A DNA stretch of 64,000 nucleotides from Octopus sinensis (Eukaryota): positions 9,548,001 through 9,612,000 of the forward strand of contig NC_043016.1 in assembly GCF_006345805.1 (NCBI RefSeq), written 5' to 3'. A program made the position numbers and the translations under genes. Each line of letters starts with the position of its first letter. Position 1 is the first letter of the stretch. Below are positions 36,990 to 50,409 of the stretch, one piece after another. The notes beneath the pieces were generated by a model. That model did no database searches. It was given only the letters and a program-made list of their open reading frames with translations, and was not told the DNA's origin.

Positions 36990-37551
36990 TGCTCCTTTCT
37001 GTGAAATTTAAGAACTATATTAGTTCGTATCTGTTTTTACTGTTTTACTCTTTTACTTGTTTCAGTCATTTGACTGCGGCCATGCTGGAGCACCGCCTTT
37101 AGTCAAGCAAATCGACCCCAGGACTTATTCTTTGTAAGCCCAGTACTTATTCTATCGGTCTCTTTTGCCGAACCGCTAAGTGACGGGGACGTAAACACAC
37201 CAGCATCGGTTGTCAAGCAATGCTAGGGGGACAAATACAGACACAAACACACACATATATATATATATATCATGCTAGCATGGAAAACGGACGCTAAATG
37301 ATGATGATGATGATATATATATACATATATACGACAGGCTTCTTTCAGTTTCCGTCTACCAAATCCACTCACAAGTCATTGGTCGGCCCGGGGCTATAGC
37401 AGAAGACACTTGCCCAAGATGCCATGCAGTGGGACTGAACCCGGAACCATGTGGTTGGTTAGCAAGCTACTTACCACACAGCCACTCCTGTAAACAAACT
37501 TTGTGCTTTCAGTGCAAATGGTTTTGTTAAGCGGTGTTGAGATTTATAATC

Positions 37552-37855
37552 CTGTAAATAATAATAATGGTATTTTTTTAATAAGCTTAAAGCTTATAGC
37601 AATCACCAAGCAAATAACTAAGGAAAGTAATCTAATAATGGAACATGTAAGCCCTCAACAGAAAAAAGTAGGCTTTCCTGTATGCGTGGGAACAAAGGGA
37701 TGTGGGTTCGTATCCCATGTGTACAGGAAAGCCTACTTTTTTCTGTCAAGGGCTTGTATGCCCCCATTATTAGACTATTTTCCTTAGTCATTGCATGGTG
37801 ATTGCTATAAGCTTTAAGGTTATTAAAATAATACCATTATTATTATTATTTACAG
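37552..37855. repeat. ~300-bp inverted repeat built from two SINE family D bodies head-to-head
   Basis: ~130-bp arms ctgtaaataataat...ggctttcctgta and tacaggaaagcc...attattatttacag around a ~39-nt spacer containing the B-box. Confidence 0.85.
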
Positions 37856-37999
37856 AATTGTAAAGCTTGGCACTGCTTAACAAACAATTCGTACCAATAA
37901 CAATAATGTAATTTCTTTGCCAGTGCTTGAACCCACAACTGTGTGTTCATAGCCCAACAGCTTTTCTACTTAATATCTGAACAACAATTGTCTACTTAC

Positions 38000-38088
38000 A
38001 GGCAGCATGGCATTAAACAAATGGGTAATGAAGGAAGCACCATGTTGAACAGCAATTTCTCCTTGTACAAGATTGGCCATAGAATGGC
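38000..38088 (-). CDS. AMDHD2: N-acetylglucosamine-6-phosphate deacetylase exon (89 nt)
   Basis: ttctag / gtaagt. Reads (G)[29 protein letters not shown], with both metal-binding histidines (GHS, THLFNAM). Confidence 0.97.
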
Positions 38089-38199
38089 CTAGAATAAAAA
38101 GAAAAATCAAAATAAAATAATGCTGTTACAATTTCGGTAGAGTCATGTTTAATAAATAATAAACACACATATTGCTATTAGTCTTTTTGTTTCATTTGG

Positions 38200-38600
38200 C
38201 ACGTAAAAAGCACCATTCAAGCATGATCATTACCAGTGTCACCTTACTGACACTTCTGTCAGTAAGGTGACACTGGTAATGATCATGACACTTCTGCCGG
38301 TGGCACATGAAAAAACATTCAAGCTAGGTTGTTGCCAGTGCCGCTGGACTGGCTCCTGTGCAGGTGGCCCATAAAAAACACCATTTGGACATGGTCGTTG
38401 CCAGTACCGCCTGACTGGTGGTACGTAAAAAGCACCCACTACACTCTCAGAGTGGTTGACATTAGGAAGGGCATCCAGCTGTAGAAACTCAGCCAGATCA
38501 GACTGGAGCCTGGTGCAGCCATCTGGTTTGCCAGCCCTCAGTTAAATCGTCCAACCCATGCTAGCATGGAAAGCGGACGTTAAACGATGATGATGATGAT
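38200..38600 (+). mobile_element. Family C repeat
   Basis: Standard family C core and (GAT)n tail. Confidence 0.8.
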
Positions 38601-39842
38601 GTTTTTGTTTTGTCTCTTCGTTATTTTGTGTTATGTTAACAATAGGTAAGACATTGACAAATTAATAATTAAATCAACAATGCATAGTTTATTTACAACT
38701 TCACCACCACCTAAATTATGGGCGCCGTTACTGGAGTTCACCCCATTGCACATGGCTTAGAGGTGAGGGTGTTCAGCTCATAGTTATAAGATCATGTGTT
38801 TGATTCCTGGCAGAGTGTTGTATCCTTGACCAAGACACTTTATTTCATGTTGCTCCAGTCCACTCAACTGACAAAAGTGAGCTGTACTTGTAATTCAAAG
38901 GGGCCAGCCTTGTCACATTCTGTGTCACACTGAATCTCCTTGAAAACTACATTAAGGATACACATGTCTGTGGAATACTCAGCCACTTGCATGTTAACTT
39001 CATGAGCAGGCTGTTCTGTTGATCAGATCAACTGGAACACTCATAAACCAATGGAGTGCCAGTTTTTTTACTTTTTTGGGGTGGGAGGGGTCACTCTGCA
39101 GCAAGCTTTTGGACACGGTCATCAGTTTAAGAGTAATTTTCTCCCACCAGTCTTGGTAAGCCCTGAAAAGACTCAAAAAGGCCCTGTCCTTCATTCTGCC
39201 AATTACAAAAGCATCGGAAAGAGTCATAGGCACTGTGCCCTCCCTACCATCATCATCACCAGAGTCCATCATCCAGCAGCAACCACAAGAGGATATTAAT
39301 TGAGAGGACAGACATGTGTTTGATTTAAATAGCCATTGCTATAAGCATTCTACCCGTTTAATGTTCAAAATGGCCAGATTTGGCATCTCGCACCTATCTA
39401 GAATGTCATTGTAAAAATAAACAATCACATACTCTTTTACTTGTTTCAGTCATTTGACTGTGGCCGTGCTGGAGCACCACCTTTAGTCGAGCAAATCGCC
39501 CCCAGGACTTATTCTTTGTAAGCCTAGTACTTATTCTATTGGTCCCTTTTGCCGAACCGCTAAGTTACGGCAATGTAAACACACCAGCATCGGTTGTCAA
39601 GCAATGTTGGGGTGACAAACACAGACACACATATATACACATATACATATACACGACGGGCTTCTTTCAGTTTCCGTCTACCAAATCCACTCACAAGGCT
39701 TTGGTCGGCCCGAGGCTATAGTAGAAGACACTTGCCCAAGGTGCCACACAGTAGGACTGAACCCGGAACCATGTGGTTGGTAAACAAGCTACTTACCGCA
39801 CAGCCACTCAAAGCTTTATGGTAATGGATGATTAATTTAAAT

Positions 39843-40520
39843 CTATCATCATCATCATCATTTGATGTCCACTCTCCATGCGGGTATAGGTCAGATGATT
39901 TGACTGGAGCTGATGAGCCAGAGAAGTGCACCAGGTTCCAATCTGATTTGGCATGGTTTCTACAGCTGGGTGTCCTTCATAACACCAAGTACTCCAGGAG
40001 TTAAATGGGTGCTTTTACGTGCCACCGGCATGGGTGCCATTACACAACACCAACCACGACTATGATTTATGGGTGGGTGCCATTTACATGGCACCGCCAA
40101 CAATCATGATTCATGGGTGCCAATTTATATGGCACCGACAATGACCATGAGTGCCATATACACGGTGCCATCAACAACCATGATTCCCGGGTGCCAATTT
40201 ACATGGCACCGGAAACAACCACGAATCCCACTTTCATGGTGCCACCAACAACCATGATTCCCAGGTGCCAATTTATATGGCACCAGCAATGACCATGAAT
40301 GCCATTTACACAGTGCCGTCAACAACCATGATTCCCGGGCGCCAATTCAAATGGCACCGGCAATGACCACGAGTCCTACTCCATGATTCCCTGGTGCCAA
40401 TTTATATGGCACCAGCAATGACCATGAGTGCCATTTACATGGTGCCACCAACAACCATGATTCCCAGGTGCCAATTTACGCAGCACCATTGATGACCATG
40501 ACTACAATGCACAGGTGCCA
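39843..40520 (-). mobile_element. Old family C copy with a diverged internal minisatellite (~40030-40500)
   Basis: (CAT)n start, then repeated gtgccaatttatatggcacc...caaccatgattccc units. Confidence 0.65.
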
Positions 40521-40991
40521 TTTTCAACCACAACAATTCAACACAATGTGAATAAATATGCATTAATTCTGACAGAATAATGTGAATGCTAAAAGGCTGA
40601 ATTCTAAGTTCACATCCCACCAAGCTCAAATTTTCCTTTCGTTCTTCTGGGGAAGTGGGAGATAAAATAATGCATCAGTCAAAATACTGAAGGCAATTTA
40701 CTAGAGCGCAACCTCCCACAATTTTTAATCTTGAAATCTTTGTGACTTATGAATCATTATGAATACTATATTGTTTCGATATTCATGACATAATATATAT
40801 GCCAACCATGCCAACATACAGTAGCTGTACAACCATGCAACAGCCATATGGCCATGTAACAACCATGCACAAAGCATGCACCCATGCACATAATCATGCA
40901 ACACATACAAGGCATGAAGTACACACCACGCACCCAACCAGGTGCCAAACATGCAACCAGGCATTGGCCATGCACCAAGTATACTAAAGTA

Positions 40992-41320
40992 TACAGGGTG
41001 GGCAAAAGTAGATACACAGTTGCTTCAGATGAGTGGAAAGTCCTTTTCATTTCTCCATTTGTTGTTGTTTTTTTTTTAAGACAAGATTTCTATAATTCTA
41101 TGTTTTTAACTAATTCTTTCTCCAAGATGTATTTCAAAACATGTGTAGAAGAGTCAGCTTATGAATTGAAAATGAAGGACAACACTTTCAACACCTCTTA
41201 TAAAATTTTTTTTTAATTCTTGTAAAGTCTAATATATTCTTTTGTAGTTTTATACCATCTTATAAATATTTATTTTGCAATAAAATACTTACTGTAAAGA
41301 GACTTTTTGAACACTGTATA
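40992..41320. mobile_element. Degenerate Tc1/mariner-like MITE
   Basis: ta|cagggtgggcaaaagt versus actttttgaacactg|ta. Imperfect TIRs with TA flanks. Confidence 0.4.
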
Positions 41321-41540
41321 ATAAAATAATTATTTCTAATTTCAGATATTTTATTATATGGCAGGAAACTTAACCAATAACGAACAAAAGTGGCTCATCA
41401 AACAAATGTATACCTACTTTTCTCCACCTCTTTACAACCACAAACCGAGTGTACACCATGAACCGAACATACAACCCTAAAGCAACTATTTAATTCAACA
41501 ATCCGATTCCATTCATCAATTTGGTTTTTTCAAAACATAC

Positions 41541-41750
41541 CTAAAGAAACTGTAATTCCTCTTTGTGAGAGTTCTTTGATAACATGGCTTGAATTATCAA
41601 GCTCAGGTGCTAGAGTTATGATAGCAGCATCGTCGAGGTGTCCATAAACATTTAATACATCTTGTAGTCCGTTATGGAATGTTCTAAGGCACTGATTTAA
41701 GTGGGCTCCTTTCTTTTCCTCGTTGATAAACGGCCCTTCTAAATGAACTC
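41541..41750 (-). CDS. AMDHD2: N-acetylglucosamine-6-phosphate deacetylase exon (210 nt)
   Basis: ttttag / gtatgt. Reads (G)VHLEGPFINEEKKGAHLNQCLRTFHNGLQDVLNVYGHLDDAAIITLAPELDNSSHVIKELSQRGITVSL(G), with the HLEGPF and TLAPE NagA motifs. Confidence 0.97.
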
Positions 41751-42340
41751 CTAAAAATGAAACAGACGTAAAATTAAATTTTGACAATGAATTCAAAAGA
41801 AAAAAAGGGAATTCAATGATACCTATTCTTTTCCCTCACGACCACCACCAAAGAAAGGAAAATAGCTAAAGAGCTGAAGTGAAAAATTAATTCTGAAGAC
41901 TAGCATTTTACTTCAGAGCTAGTGAAAGCTTCTATTCCCAACAGGTACTTAATTCTACAAGACTCAAATAAGATCCACAATAGAATATTACTCTTATATC
42001 TGCAACAATGACTGCGCCATATATACACACTAACATTCACATACAAATACATTCTTACAAACACACACACACTAAACTACATCTGAAGAAAGCCATTGAA
42101 CTGACTGTGAGAACACTACAAGTTCTGGCACACAGATGCATTGTATCCTCACTGACTTTCGCACTGCTACTACAACAGTCTACTCCTCTCAACTAATTGG
42201 TTGTAGCTTATCACCTGCACCAAATTTCACAAGATATACCACTCCCTTTCTCTCTCCCTTCAGCCTTCCTCTTTCTTTCCCCCCTCTCTCACTCCTTCCC
42301 CCTCCCCTTACTCTTTTTGTCTTTCCCTCCATTCACCATT

Positions 42341-42908
42341 GTCCACAAGGGACTAAACATAGAAGGGACAAACAAGGACAGACAAAGGGATTAAGTTGAT
42401 TACATCAACCCCAGTGTGTAACTGGTACATATTTAACCGACCCCGAAAGGATGAAAGGCAAAGTCAACCTCAGCTGAATTTGAACTCAGAGCATAAAGGC
42501 AGACAAAATACCTATTTCTTTACTACCCACAAGGGCCTAAACACAGAGGGAACAAACAAGGACAGACAAAGGGATTAAGTCAATTATATCGACCCCAGTG
42601 CATAACTGGTACTTATTTAATTGACCCCGAAAGGATGAAAGGCAAAGTTGACCTCCGCGGAATTTGAACTCAGAACATAGTGGGAAACGAAATACCCATT
42701 TCTTTACTACCCACAAGGGGTTAAACATAGAGAGGACAAACAAGGACAGACAAAGGGATTAAGTCAATTACATTGACCCCAGTGCGTAACTGGTACTTAT
42801 TTAATCGACCCCGAAAGGATGAAAGGCAAAGTTGACCTCGGTGGAATTTGAACTCAGAATGTAACGACAGACGAAATACTGCTAAGCATTTCGCCCGGTG
42901 TGCTAACA
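42341..42908 (-). mobile_element. SINE family A trimer
   Basis: Same tail-to-internal junction (aaatac|c(t/c)atttctttactaccc) as 5199-5797. Confidence 0.85.
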
Positions 42909-43285
42909 TTTCTGCCAGTGTATTCTACAATAGACCCCAGGCCAACCAGCGTTTTGTGAGTGGACTTGGTAGGCAGAAACTGAAAGAAGCCCATCATGTA
43001 TGTATATGTGTGTATGTTTTTGTTTGTCCCACATCACTGCTCGACAACCAGTGTTGGTTTGATTACATCCCTGTAACTTAACAGTTCAGCAAATGATATT
43101 GATAGAATAAGTGGTAGACTTTAAAAATGTACATACTGGGTCAATGCCCTAAGATGGCCCAAATTTGCAATAATTGTAACCAGCAAAAGAATAAGAGATT
43201 AAAAGAATAAGAGTTTAAAAGAATAAGGGTTTAAAAGAATAATGGTTTAAAATAATAAGGGTTTAAAAGAATAAAAGATATTTAC

Positions 43286-43340
43286 CAAGTATTCCAGAAC
43301 CTTCTTTACTTCCTTCCGATTTCTTCATATGTGGCAAAAT
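43286..43340 (-). CDS. AMDHD2: N-acetylglucosamine-6-phosphate deacetylase exon (55 nt)
   Basis: attcag / gtaaat. Reads ILPHMKKSEGSKEGSGIL(G). In phase with both neighbours. Confidence 0.92.
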
Positions 43341-43464
43341 CTGAATAAGATTTATATAATAATAAAAGTACAGAGCTTCACTTACATGGTAAATAGTTAT
43401 GTATAGTTATACAGAGAATGGTACACCAAGCATATAGCGGACATTAAATGATGATGATGATGAG

Positions 43465-43517
<53 letters not shown>

Positions 43518-44166
43518 TGAAGGGCCATGCTCAGTGGTTAGAGAGCCGAGCTTACAATTGGAGGTCGTGAGTTTGATTCCAGGACAAGGGCTGCATGTTG
43601 TGTTCTTAAGCAAGACACTTTATTTCATGTTGCTCCAGTTAACTCAGCTGTAGGAATGAATTGCAACATCACTGGTGCCAAGCTGTATCGGACCCTTTGC
43701 CTTTCCCTTAGATAACACTGATGGCATGGAGAGGGGAGGCTGGTATGTGTGGGCGACTGCTGGTCTTCCACAAACAACCTTTCCCAGACTTGTGCCTCAG
43801 AGGGTAACTTTCTAGGTGCAATCCGATGGTCATTCATGACCAAAGGGGGTCTCCCCCTACACTGATATAATTATCAAATGGTATTATATAGAATTATACG
43901 TCGTACAGTTTTTTCCCCTGAATGCAATGTAGGCAGAGACCTTAAGAAAATACAGAGAAATATAAGATAATAAACATCAGATATTCCTTGGTTAACATCA
44001 TAACATTTCTGCCCAAATTCACTGCTGGGATACCATTGTTTCTCTAATCTATAACCTTAGACAAACCTGCTTTGCATGATCAGATCATTTTTAGATTTTT
44101 GTAATAAACTTTAACCTATGAATGACAAGAAACACGGAGCAGAATATCAGGAGTGCTGCTACTCAC

Positions 44167-44306
44167 CTGATGATATTTGTCAGGGGTTGAGGAAACAATT
44201 GTGGGACAAAAGGATGTGACTCCATGTTCCAGTAACTTCTTTGAAACCTTTTTCAATCCCAGCTCAACATTTTCTGTCTCAAGTGAAAAATCTATACCTT
44301 GGGCAC
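44167..44306 (-). CDS. AMDHD2: N-acetylglucosamine-6-phosphate deacetylase exon (140 nt), most 5' exon found
   Basis: ttccag / gtgagt. Reads (G)AQGIDFSLETENVELGLKKVSKKLLEHGVTSFCPTIVSSTPDKYHQ, with the HGVTSFCPT motif. Confidence 0.96.
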
Positions 44307-45894
44307 CTGGAATAGATAAAGAAATTATTTCATGCTGAAAATAAGTAAATTCCTTACATATTACATATACATTTGAACATCCTTAACCCTTTAGTGTTCA
44401 GATTATTCTGTCAAACATAATGCCTATTGATTCCCATTGATTTGAATTAATCATGCATTATCTCATATCTTCAAGATCTTGATGGTGTAATTACTTAATG
44501 TAGAATAACATTGTAGGGTAGGTGTGAGGGCCTGGATCTGGTCAGTTTAAACATAAAACAGATTAACTATTTTGGCCGGATATGGCCGGTTTAAATACTA
44601 AAGGGTTATGGCATAATGACCTTCAATCCATCCATTTTCTTTGTCCATTATTCTTTGAAAGGTCATGGGAGGTGTACAGTTCTCAGGAACCTTCTCAATA
44701 GGGTCCAATCAGAAGTTGTCATCAATACACTTTCCAATTGAGACTATGGATATTTTCCAACCATCTCATTCTTCACCTACCCCTTGGTCTCCTGGTTGTT
44801 AGCTCAGTTTGAAACTATTTTGTGATTCTTTCCTGTGGCATTCAAATCACATGTCTATAAGCACTGGAGCTGTGACCTCTCAATGCAACATACTTTATGC
44901 AATATGCATAAATATACACATAAATAAGTAACAATTGATTTATAGGTATCAGTTCATAACAGCTGTTTCTAACAAGTTTTTTCAATTGATCAAGGAGTAC
45001 ATTACATCATTACAAAACAAAAAGGTTTTCTTTAGATGAAAGCAGGAGTTTTACAATCAAGGGCATTTAAAAAAATGTTTAATCCATAGCAGACATTTAG
45101 TGATTCCACGACTGGCTCTTGCTGCAGAATATTATTCCGCAAGTACTTCTGTATGAAGGGTGATATTCATTTATAGTTGTTGTGCAGGTATTTTATTCTG
45201 ATCTCACTAGGTTTCTCTTTTTCAGGTACCTTATTCAACTGAATCTTGTTATATTGTAGATTCATACATAAATATACACACATGTACACATGCTTATGCA
45301 GGCAAACATATCAACAGAAACACACACAAACATACACACAAGAAGCTGGTATCTGAAAAGAAAAAAATTCCAGTAAAACAAATTACAAGGAAAACTAAAA
45401 TTACACAAGCACTTTTTTTTTTTGTAATAGGAACACAAAGGATGGTAAACTAAGAGAGATATGAGAGAAAGAAATGGAGAGAGAGAGAGAGAGAGAGAGA
45501 GGGGAGAAACACACAGAGGGAGAGAGAGAGAGAGAGAGACAGACAAGCAAGAGAAAAAGAAAAAGCAAGAGAGATGCATGGAGAGAAAGAGAAAGGCAAA
45601 GGAGACAAGGAGAGACAACAAGAGAATAGGCCAATAAACGAAACAGTGAGAAAGGCAAGAGAGAGATGGGGATGAGAAAGAGAGAAGAGGGGGGGCAAAG
45701 AGGCATGAGGATGAGAGTAAGAGAGAGAGAGAGAGAGAGAGGAGATGGGAGAGATGAGGGGGAGAAAGTGTGTGGGGGTGGGGTCTAACACCAAGACGAA
45801 TTCTGTATGGTTTAAGTAAACAAACCTTAGTATAACATTGCAATGGATTAATGGATTATCTTCATTTCAGACTATGCAAAAAAGACCACACACA

Positions 45895-45937
<43 letters not shown>

Positions 45938-46986
45938 GTATGTATGGTGTGTGCATGGTGTTATTTAGCCCCAGGTCAGCTTTGATAATGCATACTTCTA
46001 ACGAAAAAAAAAAAAGCATTCCAGTAGTGACCATTAAATATTATTTTTATCCATTAAAATTTATAAAATAAATAAATATTATTTTGTTTTATCTAAGAAC
46101 TACACTGCCCGATGTGTCCATTTTTGTTTTAAGCCAGGAGAGAGTGATTTGAAGAAGACTTAGCTATTGTTACTAGCAAATTAAGTAACTGTACATGGGT
46201 TCGTTTGTAGGCTTACATACATGTAAAGATTATATAAAAGATATAATGAATGATTGTGTGTTTGTGTGTGTGTGAGAGTGTGTGAGTACACAAATATATG
46301 TACATGTTTATGTATGCCTTTGGCAAATAGACTTTACTGAGATTTATCTCCCTTTTTCTTCTCGCATCTCATCCTTCCTACTTTGAGTCTCCCTCCTCTT
46401 TTTTCTGTGTTTCGTTTACGACCACTTTTCACTTATTGTTACAGACATACATTCACACCCTCACATATACACTCTCTACAATCTCAGCTACTTCAGCAAC
46501 CCTCTCTCATTCTAGTTTCCAAGACACCCTTTTCTCAATGATTTAAACCAACCATCCCAGCTCTTACTGGTTTCTTTGATGATCCTCCTTACATCTCATT
46601 TATTTCTCCAACACTCACTCATTTTACCTCATCTTTCTTTCCCTCATCACATATCTATTTTTAATCTTTTGACCTCCCTCTATTTATCCACCTGTCCATC
46701 CATCCGTACCTATACATCCATACCTATCCACCCATATATCTCTATTATTCCTTTATCCATCCATCCATTTATCTATCTAGTTTTCATTTCCCTCTCTGTC
46801 TTTCCTTCATCTCACAAATCTTTTTCACCTATCTTCCCCAGCTCCTTCTCATTCTTCGTCTCTTTCACTTTTTCCTCCTCACCTTCATTCTCCATCTCCT
46901 TCAGATCATCATTTCTATAAACATGAGACAATATCCAAAAGACAAAACAGCCTCGGGCATTAACAATAACATCCTTTCAAAACAAG

Positions 46987-47028
<42 letters not shown>

Positions 47029-47715
47029 TCATCGTCGTTTAAAGTCCGTTTTCCATGCTAGCATGGGTTGGACAGTTCAACCGGGGTCTGGGAAGCCAGG
47101 AGGCTGTACCAGGCTCCAGTCTGATCTAGCAGTGTTTCTACAGCTGGATGTCCTTCCTAACGCTAACCACTCCATGAGTGTAGTGGATGCTTTTTTACAT
47201 GCCACTGGCACAGGTGCCAGGTGAGGCTGGCAACGGCCACGATCAGTTGGTGCTAAACAGGAAAAAAGAATGGTTGGCTGCTTGAAATAACATCAGACAA
47301 TTTCAAACATCAATTTAACCAATATTTGCAGATTTGTATCTGAAATAAAAAAATCATCATAGAAACTCTTTTCCAACCCCAATCTTTAATAATTTTTCTT
47401 TTAATATTACCAAGTACTGAGGTTGATTTGTTTGACTAAAATTCTTCACGGTTGTACCTCAGCATGGCTGCAGTCTAATGAATGAAGCAAGCAGTAACAA
47501 AAATAATAAAACAAAACAGTAGCAAAGCATATTCTACATTATTGTCAAGTTTATCTAAACTTTTCAAAATCTAACATTTTTAAACTATAGACAATATGTT
47601 TAAGATTTAAACCTCAGTACAAGCAGCCTCTAAAGTTTTTCTTTTCTTTTTTATGTGAAGCTTTTGGCTAGAATGCATGATCCACTAAAAACCCTAAAAA
47701 CAAATTTTAAAAAAA

Positions 47716-47854
47716 GGATGGCTGTGTGGTAAGAAGCTTGCTTCTCAACCACATGGTTCCAAGTTCAGTCCCACTGCATGGCACTTATGGCAAATGTCTT
47801 CTACTATAGTCTCAAGCTAACCAAAGTCTTGAGAGTGGATCTGTTACATGGGCA

Positions 47855-47887
<33 letters not shown>

Positions 47888-49942
47888 TCTGCATGTCAGT
47901 CTGGCTCACAGTCTGCCTGTCTGTCAGTCCCGTACAACTGCTTAGCAACCAGTGTTGCTGTGTTTATGTCCCTGTATCTTAGCAGTTCAGCCAAACAGAT
48001 TGATAGAATAAGTACCAGGCTTAAAAAAGTATTTCTTAGTGGTACCCCAGCATGGCCACATTCCAAATTGAAACAAGTAAAAGATAAAAGATATACTGGG
48101 GTTGATTTGTTCAACTAAAACCCTTCAAGGTGGTGCCCCAGCATGGCCACAGTCCAATGACTGAAACAAGTAAAAGATAAAAGATATACTGGGGTTGATT
48201 TGTTCAACTAAAACCCTTCAAGGTGGTGCCCCAGCATGGCCACAGTCCAATGACTGAAACAAGTAAAAGATAAAAGATATACTGGGGTTGATTAGTTCAA
48301 CTAAAACCCTTCAAGGTGGTGCCCCAGCATGGCCACAGTCCAATGACTGAAACAAGTAAAGGATAAAAGATATACTGGGATTGATTTGTTCAACTAAAAC
48401 CATTCAAGGTGGTGCCCCAGCATGGCCACAGTCCAATGACTGAAATAAGTAAAAGATAAAAGATATACTGGGGTTGATTTGTTCAACTAAAACCCTTCAA
48501 GGTGGTGCCCCAGCATGGCCACAGTCCAATGACTGAAACAAGTAAAAGATAAAAGATATACTGAGATTGATTTGTTCAACTAAAACCATTCAAGGTGGTG
48601 CCCCAGCATGGCCACAGTCCAATGACTGAAACAAGTAAAAGATAAAAGATATACTGGGATTGATTTGTTTAACTAAAACCCTTCAAGGTGGTGCCCCAGC
48701 ATGGCCACAGTCCAATGACTGAAACAAGTAAAAGATAAAAGATATACTGGGATTGATTTGTTTAACTAAAACCCTTCAAGGTGGTGCCCCAGCATGGCCA
48801 CAGTCCAATGACTGAAACAAGTAAAAGATAAAAGATATACTGGGATTGATTTGTTCAACTAAAACCCTTCAAGGTGGTGCCCCAGCATGGCCACAGTCCA
48901 ATGACTGAAACAAGTAAAAGATAAAAGATATACTGGGATTGATTTGTTCAACTAAAACCCTTCAAGGTGGTGCCCCAGCATGGCCACAGTCCAATGACTG
49001 AAACAAGAAAAAGATAAAAGATATACTGGGATTGATTTGTTCAACTAAAACCCTTCAAGGTGGTGCCAGCATGGCCACAGTCCAATGACTGAAACAAGTA
49101 AAAGATAAAAGATATACTGGGATTGATTTGTTCAACTAAAACCCTTCAAGGTGGTGCCCCAGCATGGCCACAGTCCAATGACTGAAACAAGTAAAAGATA
49201 AAAGATATACTGGGATTGATTTGTTCAACTAAAACCCTTCAAGGTGGTGCCCCAGCATGGCCACAGTCCAATGACTGAAACAAGTAAGAGATAAAAGATA
49301 TACTGGGATTGATTTGTTCAACTAAAACCCTTCAAGGTGCTGCCCCAGCATGGCCAGAGTCCAATGAATGAAACAAGTAAAAGATAAAAGATATACTGGG
49401 ATTGATTTGTTCAACTAAAACCCTTCAAGGTGGTGCCCCAGCATGGCCACAGTCCAATGACTGAAACAAGTAAGAGATAAAAGATATACTGGGATTGATT
49501 TGTTCAACTAAAACCCTTCAAGGTGCTGCCCCAGCATGGCCAGAGTCCAATGAATGAAACAAGTAAAAGATAAAAGATATACTGGGATTGATTTGTTCAA
49601 CTAAAACCCTTCAAGGTGGTGCCCCAGCATGGCCACAGTCCAATGACTGAAATAAGTAAAAGATAAAAGATATACTGGGGTTGATTTGTTCAACTAAAAC
49701 CCTTCAAGGTGGTACCCCAGCATGGCCACAGTCCAATGACTGAAACAAGTAAAAGATAAAAGATATACTGGGATTGATTTGTTCAACTAAAACCCTTCAA
49801 GATGGTGCCCCAGCATGGCCACAGTCCAATGACTGAAACAAGTAAGAGATAAAAGATATACTGGGATTGATTTGTTCAACTAAAACCCTTCAAGGTGGTG
49901 CCCCAGCATGGCCACAGTCCAATGACTGAAACAAGTAAAAGA
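47716..49942 (+). mobile_element. SINE family B copy ending in a 93-bp tail array (~20 copies, ~48050-49942)
   Basis: Head ggatggctgtgtggtaagaagc, (TG)n, body, then the same unit as the 10545-13188 array (93-bp spacing, e.g. 48094 and 48187). Confidence 0.9.
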
Positions 49943-50409
49943 TTAAAAAAAGCATGTGGATTATGATGATGGATTAAAGGAAACTGTTGAGTAGGTAACA
50001 AAATGTCAAACAATATTTAGTAATCCTCTATGTTCCGAGATCAAATCCCATCAGAACCAACTTTGCATTTTGACCTTTCAATGGTCAATAAAAATGCAAA
50101 GCATTGAAGTACTGGATGACAGATTATTTATTGCTTCGTTCTTTAAACCTATTCTGTACCTGACAACATACTGGCCCACCTATGACTCACCATGGTTTAC
50201 AAACAGGTTTTGTAGCACATACAAAGCAACCAGATCATTAACCCCCACCAGTTCAATCCTGTTCAAGGACTTAGAGGAAAGAGACAATGAGCAGCCTCCT
50301 GTTGATTTATCACTGTTCAGTATACTCAACCATACCTAATGAGTGTACAAATGGGAATTTAATGTTGGGTTGGACTAAAATGGACACGAGTCAAACTGGA
50401 CAATAAAAT

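Noticed and set aside
50191-50269. Candidate minus-strand AMDHD2 upstream exon (AG...CATG|gtgagt, phase 1, ending VNHG)
   Set aside because: It has a good donor and the right phase, but the peptide SLNRIELVGVNDLVALYVLQNLFVNH does not resemble the expected APGFIDxQING.
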